DNA of 64,000 bases from Eledone cirrhosa. Lineage: Eukaryota. The stretch lies in assembly GCA_964016885.1 (NCBI GenBank), contig OZ024760.1, forward strand, positions 9,114,001 through 9,178,000, written 5' to 3'. A program made the position numbers and the translations under genes. The stretch's first letter is position 1. Each line of letters begins with the position of its first letter. Below, piece by piece: positions 50,426 to 63,687 of the stretch. Below the pieces are notes generated by a model. It was not told the DNA's origin, did no database searches, and saw only the letters and a list, made by a program, of their open reading frames with translations.

Positions 50426-52685
50426 CAACATTTATGGAGGTACAACTTCCATCTTTTGAATTAAATACATTTCTTCTTTTGAAATTCCTACAGAAAATGT
50501 TTCTTAGTCATTCTTTCTCTCTGGTTTATTAATCATTTACTTTTATTCACATCTTCACAGCAGTTTATTTTGAACTTTTAAATAAATAACGGTTATTAAT
50601 TAAACAGAACACAAGAGTAATATTATATTTATTTACCACAAGTACAATAAATTTTCTGTAAATTAGAAGAAATCGACGGTAGTAAAGAAATAAATTAGTG
50701 CATTTTAAATTTATTAAAATTTTAAATCAACTGAAAGCTTGAGAGGACAGTTGAATGGTGATAATGTGGCTAAGATTGTGAAATAATCGTGGAATTAACG
50801 AAGAGGGCAACAGAAATTACAGGAATATTTCAAACGTATAAATTTATACTAGATTTATAAAATATTAAATATATTTGAGAAAGGCACCAACATTATTTGT
50901 TGGTCTTCCTTCACATAAATCTGAAACGGGGATGACGATTTAAACATATGTTATTTTATTTCAATTAAAATCTTCACTATAAATCATTTAAACAAGAAAA
51001 AAAATTTGTTTATCTTTCTAATTAATAAAGAATAAACGGATTTTAATATTTCAAGATTATTTTTGTTGTAATTTATGCATGTATATAGGCGTAAATATAT
51101 ATATATATATATATTGTATGTATATTTATATGTTGTGAAAAATGCCGATGTATTGAAACAAGTGTAAGATATTTAGTCCATATATATATATATATTATAG
51201 ATATTTTATATATATAAGATATATATTATATATATATAATGTATATATAATTCGGTGTATTTTGTGAGAACTGATTTTGTGGGAGTAAAACATAAATATA
51301 TATATGTATATACATATATATATTAGAAATTTAAAAAGAGTAACGGTAAATGTTACAAGATACGACATTATATTGTATATAAGATATGTTTCATATTCGT
51401 CGCTATAACAATAAAATCCACTTACATCCCTATATATATATGTGTGTATATATATATATATATATGATGCAGTGATAATAAATATCTGTTATAATTTGCT
51501 ATTTCCAGTGGTAATATCTGTTATATACAGTAGGTAAGTAAGTAATTAGTAAATGGCCAGGTACACACACACACCATTTGGCCTTCATCTCCGTTATATA
51601 TACAAGTATATAATAGGTAAATAATTAGTAAATGGCTAGCCAGGTAACCAGCCAGCTACACACACCACTTGGCCTTCTACTCTGTCATATGTACAGTATA
51701 TGGTAGCCCACTATATTTACCGCGCTTGTCAACAAGGAATAATAATATTATTATTATTATTAATCGTACATAGCAGCAGCTGACGGTTCCACGCACAAGA
51801 CCAATTCTTCTATCTACATCTTAACAGATTTTTTAAAATATCAACTAAACATACATAAAAAGATCAACAACGGGGGGATATTGTGTAATATTTGCTCCAG
51901 CTGGTCATTCTACAAGCTAATCCAGTTAACATGTTTAACTTCCCTCGTTAGAATTTATCACAGCCTCTCAAAGAATCGAAAGATTTTACCTAACAAATCA
52001 CTCGACATGGCTCACATAAGAAACCACTTATATTTTCCCTCATCAAACAAATTATTGAGGGCGAACAGAAAAAAGAAGCCTATATGTGGTCTCTCGATGT
52101 GTTAAAAATAACAGCCACATCTCTTAAATTACCTTACATAATGACACAACACGTTATATAAAGTAGTCATAGATCTAGCTCCTCCACGGGATGGTCGTAG
52201 ATGGAATGGCTTTAATCAAATGTCTGGGGCTAAATAACAATCTATAAAAGAAGCCTCTACGTGGTCGTTGGGTCATCTAGAAATAGCAGTCACATTCTAC
52301 TCTCTTAAAGAAAAAATTGTACAAATGTAGTCTTAGATGCACTGTGTATGAAAAAAAATACAGGATTCTTGGATAATCATTTTTTTTACCAGGGGTTAAA
52401 CAAACAGAGTTTGTAATCGCTTTGCTGAGAATAAAATACAAAATTGCTTTTAGAGAATAAAATACACAGATTGTATATATATATAGAGCTGCAGGTGTAT
52501 ATATAGTATAAAATAGAGAAGCTGTTTATAACAAAAGAGGAATCTTTGAAGCTTTACTGAACAGCAAAGACAGCATAACCTGGGATAAATTGGAATAAAA
52601 TCTACCTGTGGGAAGGATTCACTTAGCAGTCCTGTCTATATTATGTGTGTATCACCTCCATGAAGTGATACCCCACTGGAGCCGC

Positions 52686-53972
52686 GACAAAAACACCCAG
52701 TCCACACTGTAAAGTGGTCATGTAAGTGTCATGATAAAAAGCACCCAGTCCACACTGTAAAGTGGTCATGTAGGTTTCATGACAAAAAGCACCCAGTCCA
52801 CACTGTAAAGTGGTCATGTAGGTTTCATGACAAAAAGCACCCAGTTCCCACTGTAAAGTGGTCATGTAGGTATCATGACAAAAAGCACCTAGTCCCCACT
52901 GTAAAGTGGTCATGTAGGTGTCATGACAAAAAGCACCCAGTCCACACTGTAAAGTGGTTGTGTAGGTTTCATGACATAAAGCACCCAGTCCCCACTGTAA
53001 AGTGGTCGTGTAGGTGTCATGACAAAAAGCACCCAGCACACACTGTAAAGTGGTCATGTAGGTTTCATGACATAAAGCACCCAGTCCACACTGTAAAGTG
53101 GTCGTGTAGGTTTCATGACAAAAAGCACCCAGTCCCCACTGTAAAGTGGTTGTGTAGGTGTCATGACAAAAAGTGCCCAGTCCACACTGTAAAGTGGTTG
53201 TGTAGGTGTCATGACATAAAGCACCCAGTCCCCACTGTAAAGTGGTCATGACAAAAAGCACCCAGTCCCCACTGTAAAGTGGTCATGTAGGTGTCATGAC
53301 AAAAAGCGCCCAGTCCACACTGTAAAGTGGTCGTGTAGGTGTCATGACAAAAAGCACCCAGTCCCCACTGTAAAGTGGTCATGTAGGTGTCATGACAAAA
53401 AGCACCCAGTCCACACTGTAAAGTGGTCATGTAGGTTTCATGACAAAAAGCACCCACCACACACTGTAAAGTGGTCATGTAGGTTTCATGACAAAAAGCA
53501 CCCAGTCCACACTGTAAAGTGGTCATGTAGGTGTCATGATATAAAGCGCCCAGTCCACACTGTAAAGTGGTCATGTAGGTGTCATGACATAAAGCACCCA
53601 GTCCACACTGTAAAGTCGTCATGTAGGTTTCATGACAAAAAGCACCCAGCACACACTGTAAAGTGGTCATGTAGGTTTCATGACAAAAAGCACCCAGTCC
53701 CCACTGTAAAGTGGTCATGTAGGTATCATGACAAAAAGCGCCCAGTCCACACTGTAAAGTGGTCGTGTAGGTGTCATGACAAAAAGCGCCCAGTCCACAC
53801 TGTAAATGTGGTTGGTGTTAGGAAGGGCATCCAGCCGTAGAAACTAAACCAAAATTAGTTCTGTGTGAGTGAATCTGGGTCCCCCGACCTAATCACTCAC
53901 AAAAGGACAGCCCGTCCTACCCATGCTAAGCATGGACGATGGAGGTTAAACATTAATGATGATGATGATGAT
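52686..53972 (+). mobile_element. RTE 3' UTR-type element with ~23 tandem copies of the 48-bp motif (52690-53805) and a (GAT)n tail
   Basis: Same motif family as 354-2086 but with its own diagnostic bases (tcatgac); followed by ggaagggcatccagcc and the tail. Confidence 0.85.
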
Positions 53973-54169
53973 ATATATATGTACACACCCAGTACACACT
54001 ATAATGTGGTTGGTGATAGGAAAGGAATCCAGCCATAGAAAGCTCGCCAAACTAAAGGTTGGAAGGACCCATCAGTTGTGTCAAAGACACGAGAACCTCT
54101 CTAGTACTTGTGCTGAGATAAAAGGCACTTGGTGGAATATTGTGGTTACCCTCGATTAAACCTGTGACT

Positions 54170-54200
<31 letters not shown>

Positions 54201-54351
54201 CATCATCATCATCGTCGTTTAACGTCCATCTTCCACGCTAGCATCGGTTAGATGGTTTTGTTCCATTTGATGTGGGAATGGTCAGGGGACCTTGTCTCGC
54301 TCACACGGAAGCATCTCTGGCAGGTTTTTTTTTACAGCTGGATGCCCTTCC
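54201..54351 (-). mobile_element. Short 3' fragment of the RTE-tail family in (TA)n
   Basis: Reverse complement ggaagggcatccagctgta...gacgttaaacgacgatgatg. Confidence 0.7.
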
Positions 54352-54369
54352 TATATATATATATATATA

Positions 54370-54657
54370 GACACCATCCAGGCCGAAACAAATGAGATCG
54401 TGTAGGTGTCACGACAAAAAAACACACAATCCACGCTGTAATGTGACCGTGTAGGCAACACGGTAAAAACCTCCCAGACCCACACTGTAAATGTGGTTGG
54501 TGTTAGGAAGGGCATCCAACTGTAGAAAACCTGCCAGACAGTCCTATGCGAGCAAGACAATCACTCTTACCTCAAGTGGGAAAACCCCCGTCCAAACCCT
54601 TGCAAGCGTGGAACACGGACGTTAAACGTTGATGATGATGATGATGATGATGATGAT
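54370..54657 (+). mobile_element. 5'-truncated copy of the 11891-12313 element in (TA)n
   Basis: Close match to 12025-12313. Confidence 0.75.
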
Positions 54658-55359
54658 ATATATATATATAGTTTCAGAAGATCCTGTTAAGGGTGAAAGC
54701 AGCAATTCTTTGCTTAAACTTTAATCTGTACTTATAATAGATATAGATATATATTTATATATAACATTGTTGGCTCTTCTTTGTATATTTTTCCCTCTTT
54801 TAGATATATGATGGTCCCTCTGGTGGTTGGCAAGGCTGATATTTACAAAGAAAAATTGATTACACAGGTCACATTTGATGGAAGTCTTGGTTGTAGTTAA
54901 TGAATTTTTCATCACTGGTTTTTATCCTCCTCAATTCTCCAGTGATTTACTTCAAAGTGTTCAACATCAATCTTGATAAGACCACACTGTTCTGACTTCT
55001 GCTTATTGTTCCCAGGATTTAAGGGTGGTATTGGTGTTCTTCATCAATTGTTTCAATTGGTCTTTGTACTGTTTCTTGGTGGAGGTGTGTGGCCTAGTGG
55101 TAAGGGTGTTGGACTTACAATCATAATCAGGGCAACCCCATCGTTTCAACACCATCCACATAGCTGTGCATGGAATGGGGTTGAAAGCATTTTAAGACCA
55201 TAGAAGACAAGCAAGATGGGTTCCTGTTGTTCACTATATTTTTCCTGCAGCGTTCTCTTATATCTCTCCTTAGAGCTGAAGCATACATCCAATGAAGCCC
55301 CCAGCCCACACTGTAAAGTGGTAGTGTAGGTGTCACGACAAAAAGCGCACAGCCCACAC

Positions 55360-55852
55360 TGGAAGACTTTGGATGAGGTGATAAAAGCTGGCCATGCCTA
55401 GTTGCCCCTCTATGGTGCTGACACAGGACCGAGATCTTTGGCGTTACACAGTACTACAGAAGACCAGACTTCCCACGGGCACAGGCCAAGCCTGAAGCAT
55501 ATAAATAGTATGCACACTCCATTCCACCCGTTCCCATACATCTCCCATGAGGACAGATTGAAGCCTACATCCGGTGAAGCCTTCAGCCCACACTATGAAG
55601 TGGTCATGATGGCGACACTGCAAAAAAGTGCCCAGCCCAAAATGTAAAGTGGCTATATATGTCACGGCAAAAATTACCCAGCACTCACTGTAAATCAGGT
55701 TGGCACTAAGAAGGAAATCAAGCTGTAGAAACCAAGCTAAAATCAGTTTTGTATGAGCAAGACATGGTTACCTGACCTGGCCTTGTTCGCAACAGGATAA
55801 CTCGTCCAACCCATGCTAGTGTGGAAACATGGATGTTAAACGGAGATGATGA
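55360..55852 (+). mobile_element. RTE LINE 3' end with long 3' UTR
   Basis: KTLDEVIKA and TQDRDLWRYTVLQKT remnants, then 2-3 copies of the 46-48 bp motif and the tail. Confidence 0.7.
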
Positions 55853-56022
55853 AATATATATATACATATCATCATCATCTCCGTTTAACATCCATGTTTC
55901 CACACACATACACACAAGAGTCTCGCATATATCAACTGAGTCTATCCTTGCAATTTCAAGACTGAAACTTTGAAAAGAAGGGAAGAGGGAAAAATGCTGT
56001 GGGAGTGGAACTTGTCTTTATA

Positions 56023-56172
56023 GCACTACTGAGGATGGACAGAGAATAAGAAGTGGAGTTTGTCTTTATGGCATGAAGAAGTGGCACTACTGAGGATGGA
56101 CAGAGAATAGGAAGTGGAGCTTGTGTTTATGGCATGGAGAAGTGGCACTATTGAGGATGGAGAGAGAATAGG
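56023..56172. repeat. 61-bp tandem repeat, ~2.5 copies
   Basis: gcactactgaggatggacagagaata-type unit at 56023, 56084, 56145. Confidence 0.8.
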
Positions 56173-56591
56173 AAAATGGACATAAACAAAGAACACCATC
56201 GACAATTTCCAGGCCATAATTCAACTGAATCCAGAATTTATAAATTTGGTCAAGGTGTTCACAAAGCCACTGGCATTATTGTCATATGTAGAATGAATCT
56301 GTCTATCAGGCAAGTCCATCATGTCTTCATTGTTTGGCAGGGAAGGGCAGTTTTGCCCTATATTAAACCTCAGAAGTAACAACATATAATTTTTATTTTC
56401 ATTTGAATTAAAGTGATATAACACTTTATCTAAAATAATCTACTATAGAAAACTATAATTATTTTATAACACGACGAAGATGTCACATTTTGTATATGAG
56501 TGTTTGCACGTTTGTTACGCCTCTTCATGCATGTAACTACCTAGATACACAAAGAATTAAACACGTTTCGGACGCTGGTTTAAACACACAC

Positions 56592-57030
56592 ATCATCATC
56601 GTTTTACGTCCCTTCTTCCACGCTAGCATGAGTTAGACGGGTTGTCCTGTTGTGGGCAGTGTCCAGTCGGCTGACCATGTCTTGCTCATACAGGAACTGA
56701 TTCTGGCTTGATTTCTACAGCTGGATGCCCTTTCTAACACCAACCTCATTTACAGTGAGTGCTGGGTGCTTTTTTCCATAGTGCCTACACGTCCACTTTA
56801 CAGTGTGGGGTGGGTGCTTTTTTGCCATGGCACCTCCACGACCACTTGGCAGTTGGAGCGGGTGGGGCATATTGTCCATATGCTTCAGCTTCGACTTGTT
56901 CCTGTGGGGGTGGGTGGGTGAGGTCTTCTGTATTACTGCGTGATGCCAGAGGTCACGGTCGTGTGTCATTGCTCTTGAGAGGTGTAATTGGGTAAGGTCG
57001 GCCTTTATCACCTCATCCCAGGTCTTCTTC
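56592..57030 (-). mobile_element. RTE LINE 3' end with long 3' UTR
   Basis: KKTWDEVIKADLTQLHLSRAMTHDRDLWHHAVIQKT followed by two motif copies, gaaagggcatccagctgtagaaatc and a (GAT)n tail. Confidence 0.8.
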
Positions 57031-57061
57031 ACACATTTATATACAATTAATTATATCTTTA

Positions 57062-57588
57062 TCTACATATAAAATATTGGAACTTCCATCATCCTTTTGA
57101 GAAACATGAACCTGCTACTTCTATGCAATGGCACTCACTTTACAGCCAGGATGATGATGAACCATCTCCTAGAGGTCACTATTCTTGGAAGCAATCATCA
57201 AGGAAAAAATGCATTTATTCCTTCCTCTACCGATCTGCCATTCAAATTCTCAAGACTTCAGTTCCCTGTTAGAGCCACTTTTGCTATGACTGTACATAAA
57301 GCTCAGGCTCAGAGTTTCAAAGTTGTAGAATTGAATACAAGAGAATTACTTTTTACCAATGGACAGTTATATGTAGGATGTTCACAAGTGGAAACACCTA
57401 GAAATCTTCATATACTATGCATGAATGGTAAAACAAGGAATCTGGTGTATCTGGAAGATTTTTTTACTGTTTATTTTTTTGTAACACACACGCACCACGG
57501 TCTCACCTCATACTGTAAACCAGACAAACATCCAGTACAGTCATTTTCTCTTCTACTTGTCTTCTTATCGTCTGTTTATGTCAGCTAG
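57062..57588 (+). mobile_element. Internally deleted Helitron carrying the PIF1-like helicase C-terminus
   Basis: LCNGT...LPFKFSRLQFPVRATFAMTVHKAQAQS...FTNGQLYVGCSQV...KTRNLVY; begins A|TCTACATATAAAA and ends CTAG|T. Confidence 0.8.
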
Positions 57589-57589
57589 T

Positions 57590-57737
57590 TACTCTGTATA
57601 TACTATTGTATTTTTGTGGTAAAGGCTTTATCTTACATAATTATTTCACATAATATTGAATCTACAAGATGTTGGTGTGATTTGAACAGGAAGTAAGAGA
57701 ATTGTGGGTAGATATGGCTTGTTTAAATGCTAAAGGG
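57590..57737 (-). mobile_element. Degenerate TTAA MITE
   Basis: Ends aaatgctaaaggg + TTAA; internal similarity to 2736-3188. Confidence 0.7.
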
Positions 57738-58100
57738 TTAAGGTAATCCTTTATCTATGCAACTCATTGATTGGCTCACAGTAGTACTAAACCTTTCAGG
57801 AATACCTCACATATTTCTATACTGCGTAAACCATCACTTTTATTTTTTTTTTCATTCATTTAATTTCTACTGAAATTTCTCAAGCAGGTTGTTCCAATGA
57901 CTGAACAACTGGAACACTGAGGTTAATTTACTGTACTATATAATAAAATACTCTATACAAGATTTACACAAAATCTAATCTTGCAATAAATGTTCTCTCC
58001 CTTATCTGAAAATATTTTCAAGTGTTCCCATATTCTACTAAGCTGTTTAACAAGAACATAAATATGAGCTACAGCTACCAGGAAAACATCCCGTCATTTA

Positions 58101-58275
58101 ACACATTAGCATTTAAACCAGCCAGAATTCTCTTACCTCTTTCTGTTCAAACCAGCTGCTCATACTTATGTTAAGGTATTGTTCTCAAAATCACATAGAT
58201 TTGATATTATGTGAGATAAAGTGTTTACTGTGAAAATATAATAGTATATATAGAGGACTGTAAATGTTAAAAGGT
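58101..58275 (+). mobile_element. Degenerate TTAA MITE
   Basis: ttagcatttaaaccagccagaattctc...aaatgttaaaaggttaa. Confidence 0.7.
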
Positions 58276-58355
58276 TAAAGTCTAAATGAAAAATATTGCT
58301 GAAATATAGATCTTTTCTTTCTCCCTTGTCTTAACTAACTTCTATATTACCATTG

Positions 58356-58630
58356 TGGAAGTGCGTGGCCTAGTGGTAAGGATGTTGGACTTATGATCAT
58401 AATGTCATAGGTTCAATAGCTGGATTGGATTGTATGTTGTGTTCTTGAGCAAAGCACTTCATTTTATGTTGCTCTGGTATACTCAGCTGAAAATGGGTAC
58501 CAGTAATAGCTGGAGGTTTAACCCCATGATGGACTGGCGTCCTATCCAGGTGGGAGCCTTATGCTCTCAGTTGCTTCATGCCACAGAAACCGAGATAAGC
58601 ACTGGCTTGATGAGCTTCTGGGATTGAGAC
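58356..58630 (+). mobile_element. tRNA-headed SINE
   Basis: tggcctagtgg A box, ggttcaat B box, cttgagcaaagcactt core. Confidence 0.7.
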
Positions 58631-58664
58631 TTATTTTAGACTTAAATATTACCATTGGCTTTTC

Positions 58665-59090
58665 ATAATTGTGTCTACTTTAGGCACACTGCCAGCAATT
58701 ACCCAGTACATTACTGGTACTTTATTTTATCGACCCTGTAAGGATGAAAGGCAAAGTTAACCTCGGCGGGATTTGAACTCAGACTGTAAAGGGATGTAAC
58801 TATGCTAGAAAGCATGGCGTCCGACTCTCTACCGATACTGCCAATCCACCGCTCTTATAATAAATAAATATAATATAGTATATTGGCTTTTCATAATAAT
58901 ACTAAATAATTGTTTCTACTTTTGGCACAAGGCCAGCAATTATCCCAGTACATTACTGGTACTTTATTTTATCGACCCCGTAAGGATGAAAGGCAAAGTA
59001 AACCTCGGCAGGAATTGAACTCAGATCGTAAAGGGATGTAACTATGCTGGAAAGCATATCCTACCCTCTACCGATACTGCCAATTCACCG
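58665..59090 (-). mobile_element. Two adjacent SINE copies (58665-58855 and 58908-59090)
   Basis: Each has ttggcagtatcggtagag...gagttcaa...tttgcctttcatccttac..ggtcgataaaataaagtaccag on the minus strand. Confidence 0.75.
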
Positions 59091-59382
59091 ATAATTGATA
59101 TTCATTGATTTATTACATAGCCTGGACAGTGTAGCTACAGCATGGTCAATGGCTAAGAAGTTCACTTCCCAATCATTAGGTCATCAGTTTGATCCTACTG
59201 TGTTACATCTTGGGCAAATGTTAACAATAGCCTCAGGCAGACAGAAACTGTTTGGACTGTACCAGTAATTTAATGAGTCAGCCATGTCCCATTGTCATGC
59301 TGAATCTCCCTGAGAATAAACATTAAGGGTACACGTGCTTGTCGAATACTCAGCCATTTGCATATTACTTTCACGTAGCAGT

Positions 59383-59832
59383 CCAGTAATACTGCACAAA
59401 CCACATACTATATATATCCTATACAGCTATACCCAGTAATACTACACAAACCACATACTATATATATCCTATACAGCTATTACCCAGTAATACTGCACAA
59501 ACCACATACTATATATATCCTATACAGCTATACCCAGTAATACTACACAAACCACATACTATATATATCCTATACAGCTATACCCAGTAATACTGCACAA
59601 ACCACATACTATATATATCCTATACAGCTATTACCCAGTAATACTACACAAACCACATACTATATATATCCTACACAGCTATACCCAGTAATACTACACA
59701 AACCACATACTATATATATCCTATACAGCTATTACCCAGTAATACTGCACAAACCACATACTATATATATCCTACACAGCTATACCCAGTAATACTACAC
59801 AAACCACATACTATATATATCCTACACAGCTA
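59383..59832. repeat. 50/51-bp tandem repeat, ~9 copies, within a decayed SINE-like element (~59140-59875)
   Basis: ccagtaatactgcacaaaccacatactatatatatcctatacagctatac; flanks resemble 3351-3436. Confidence 0.9.
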
Positions 59833-60273
59833 CACCGTTCCAACAGAACACTCATCCTCGAAAGAGTGTCCATTCCTGGCTGAGACGGTCTGTGAGTTCA
59901 AACAACAAAAGATCGCTCCAGTTAGCCATACCACTAAGTGGTCAAACTATCCACCACACCAGTTAGCAATAACATTAAGTGGTCAAACTATCTATAAATA
60001 TCCACCACACCAGTTAGTAATATCACTAAGTGGTCAAACTATCTATAAATATCCACCTTACCATTGGTAAGTCAAGCAGAACTGGCCAAACAACAACAAA
60101 ACAAACAATGAAGATGACCATAAGAAAAATGAAGACAAACAAAATATCAACATGTTTGATAATTTATTTATTTTATAGCATTCAGAAAAAGAGAAAGAAA
60201 AAACATTTACGGAAAAGATGAGAGGATATTTTTTAAAGCTCAATCATTGCTCTTTATTTTTTAAAAAGGTTGA

Positions 60274-60430
60274 TGTCACTGTGTTGTTACATTAAGATTG
60301 GTGTCACTCTGTGTTGTTACATTAAGGTTGGTGTCACTCTGTGTTGTTACATTAAGGTTGGTGTCACTCTGTGTTGTTACATTAAGGTTGGCAGTGTCAC
60401 GCAATGTTGTTACATTAAGGTTAATGTCAC
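60274..60430. repeat. 30-bp tandem repeat, ~5 copies
   Basis: tgtcactctgtgttgttacattaaggttgg. Confidence 0.9.
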
Positions 60431-60646
60431 CCAGTGTGGTAACTGATGGCGCCACCTCATCCTTCATGGCTCTCTTCTCATACCAACCCAAACAGAATAT
60501 TCAGTGATATTGTAAGGTATAATCCTCACTGACAACACCACCCCCTGCCATTTCATTGGTAATACAGTTCCAGGTTCATTCCATCGTGAATTTCATCTTA
60601 GGTATCTGATTTAAGGTTTCAAACACAAGAAAGAGGGTCACAACAA

Positions 60647-62490
60647 CATATTTCTAATGAAAGACACTGTCTATGTCATTAACCCTTTCATTACCATATT
60701 TCTAATGAAAGACACTGTCTATGTCATTAACCCTTTCATTACCATATTTCTAATGAAAGACACTGTCTATGTCATTAATCCTTTCATTACCATATTTCTA
60801 ATGAAAGACACTGTCTATGTCATTAACCCTTTCATTACCATATTTCTAATGAAAGACACTGTCTATGTCATTAACCCTTTCATTACCATATTTCTAATGA
60901 AAGACACTGTCTATGTCATTAACCCTTTCATTACCATATTTCTAATGAAAGACACTGTCTATGTCATTAGCCCTTTCATTACCATATTTCTAATGAAAGA
61001 CACTGTCTATGTCATTAACCCTTTCATTGCCATATTTCTAATGAAAGACACTGTCTATGTCATTAACCCTTTCATTACCATATTTCTAATGAAAGACACT
61101 GTCTATGTCATTAACCCTTTCATTACCATATTTCTAATGAAAGACACTGTCTATGTCATTAACCCTTTCATTACCATATTTCTAATGAAAGACACTGTCT
61201 ATGTCATTAACCCTTTCATTACCATATTTCTAATGAAAGACACTGTCTATGTCATTAACCCTTTCATTACCATATTTCTAATGAAAGACACTGTCTATGT
61301 CATTAATCCTTTCATTACCATATTTCTAATGAAAGACACTGTCTATGTCATTAACCCTTTCATTACCATATTTCTAATGAAAGACACTGTCTATGTCATT
61401 AATCCTTTCATTACCATATTTCTAATGAAAGACACTGTCTATGTCATTAACCCTTTCATTACCATATTTCTAATGAAAGACACTGTCTATGTCATTAACC
61501 CTTTCATTACCATATTTCTAATGAAAGACACTGTCTATGTCATTAACCCTTTCATTACCATATTTCTAATGAAAGACACTGTCTATGTCATTAATCCTTT
61601 CATTACCATATTTCTAATGAAAGACACTGTCTATGTCATTAGCCCTTTCATTACCATATTTCTAATGAAAGACACTGTCTATGTCATTAACCCTTTCATT
61701 GCCATATTTCTAATGAAAGACACTGTCTATGTCATTAGCCCTTTCATTGCCATATTTCTAATGAAAGACACTGTCTATGTCATTAACCCTTTCATTGCCA
61801 TATTTCTAATGAAAGACACTGTCTATGTCATTAGCCCTTTCATTACCATATTTCTAATGAAAGACACTGTCTATGTCATTAACCCTTTCATTGCCATATT
61901 TCTAATGAAAGACACTGTCTATGTCATTAGCCCTTTCATTACCATATTTCTAATGAAAGACACTGTCTATGTCATTAACCCTTTCATTGCCATATTTCTA
62001 ATGAAAGACACTGTCTATGTCATTAGCCCTTTCATTACCATATTTCTAATGAAAGACACTGTCTATGTCATTAACCCTTTCATTACCATATTTCTAATGA
62101 AAGACACTGTCTATGTCATTAACCCTTTCATTGCCATATTTCTAATGAAAGACACTGTCTATGTCATTAACCCTTTCATTACCATATTTCTAATGAAAGA
62201 CAGTCTATATCATTAGCCCTTTCATTACCATATTTCTAATGAAAGACACTACCTGTCATTAGCCCTTTCATTACCATATTTCTAATGAAAGACACTACCT
62301 ATGTCATTAGCCCTTTCATTACCATATTTCTAATGAAAGACACTGCTTATGTCATTAACTCTTTCATGACTATATTTCTAATGAAAGACACTGCTTATGT
62401 CATTAACCCTTTCATTACTATATTTCTAATGAAAGACACTGTCTATGCCATTAACCCTTTCATTACCATATTTCTAATGAAAGACACTAC
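60647..62490. repeat. 48-bp tandem array, ~38 copies (catatttctaatgaaagacactgtctatgtcattaaccctttcattac)
   Basis: Period 48; degenerate units at the right end. Confidence 0.95.
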
Positions 62491-62525
62491 CTATCTAGAT
62501 ATAACTAGTTTTTATTTAGAATTAA

Positions 62526-62731
62526 CAATTTAGCATTTAAACTGGCTGTATCCAGCCAGAATTGGCTCACATCTTTCTGTTCAAACTGGCTGTAACCAAC
62601 CACACATACATATGTTAAGGTATTATTCTCAAAATCTCATAGATTCGATACTGTGTAAGATAATTATGTGAAATAAAGTGTTTACTGGGAAAATACAATA
62701 GTAAATATAGAGTAATGTAAATGCTAAAGGG
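62526..62731 (+). mobile_element. TTAA MITE copy
   Basis: tttagcatttaaactggc...aaatgctaaagggtta. Confidence 0.75.
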
Positions 62732-63204
62732 TTACACACCTTGCTGTGAAAATATACATGTATGAGCACACTTTTGTTATTCTCTTCAAACACTAAAAGA
62801 CATAAGACATTGTCTTTATGTGTTTCAAATCTGGTTGGCTTCTTCTCAGAAAACAAGTAACACTTTAATTTTATACATAGAGAGAATTGACAGCCACTTG
62901 CTATTTATGTCAAATACAAGCTACAACATAACTGAAATAGTTTTGACTAAACAGTAAGAAAAATAATCTCTAAAAACCAGTACATTCACGGGCCAGTTGT
63001 TACGGTGTGTTGGTGAGTGAAACTTGGCAAATTAGCTCAATGGTCTGATCAGCAGAATTTTCTTTGATACTTGTTCAATGCAATGCATCAAGTTAAACAA
63101 TATTGTTTAAACAATATTGCAGAAATTCATGAGGCACCTGTAGAAAGGGCAGAAGGCCACCCATTAAATGGTAGCACTGTCCCAGAAATTTATAAAGTGT
63201 ATAT

Positions 63205-63553
63205 GGAAGCACATGGCTTAGTGGTTAGAGCATTGGCCTTGCAATCGGAAGGTTGTGAGTTCAATTCTCAGACCGGGTGATGTGTTGTTTCCTTGAGCAA
63301 GACACTTTATTTCACATTGTTCCAGTTTACTCAGCTGTAGAAATGAGATGATAGGGACTGGGGTCCCTGTCATTCCACTGCGAAGTGGTCGTGGAGGTGC
63401 CACGGCAAAAAAGCACCCAGCACTCACTGTAAATGAGGTTGGTGTTAGGAAGGGCATCCAGCTGTAGAAATCAAGCCAGAATCAGTTCCCGTCCCACCCT
63501 TGCAAGCAGGGAAAAAGCGGACGTAAAATGAAATGATGATGATGATGATGATG
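63205..63553 (+). mobile_element. Full-length tRNA-headed SINE with RTE-derived 3' tail
   Basis: A box tggcttagtgg, B box gagttcaattc, core ccttgagcaagacacttt, tail cccacccttgcaagcagggaaaaagcggacgtaaaatgaa(atg)n. Confidence 0.85.
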
Positions 63554-63650
63554 TACTCTTACATTCCTGTCAGCTCCAAAAGATGTCATTTGAAAGGCAG
63601 AATTGTATTTTTGGATGTATTTATTGAAGTGTAGTGCCTCCGGTCTATCC

Positions 63651-63687
<37 letters not shown>

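Noticed and set aside
60657-62216. 519-aa hydrophobic repeat ORF (MKDTVYVINPFITIFL)n
   Set aside because: A by-product of a 48-bp unit; no unique N- or C-terminal domain or other gene evidence
63205-63275. tRNA genes at SINE heads (also 2936, 55079, 58356)
   Set aside because: A/B boxes are present but there is no complete cloverleaf, and the sequences continue into SINE bodies or are truncated
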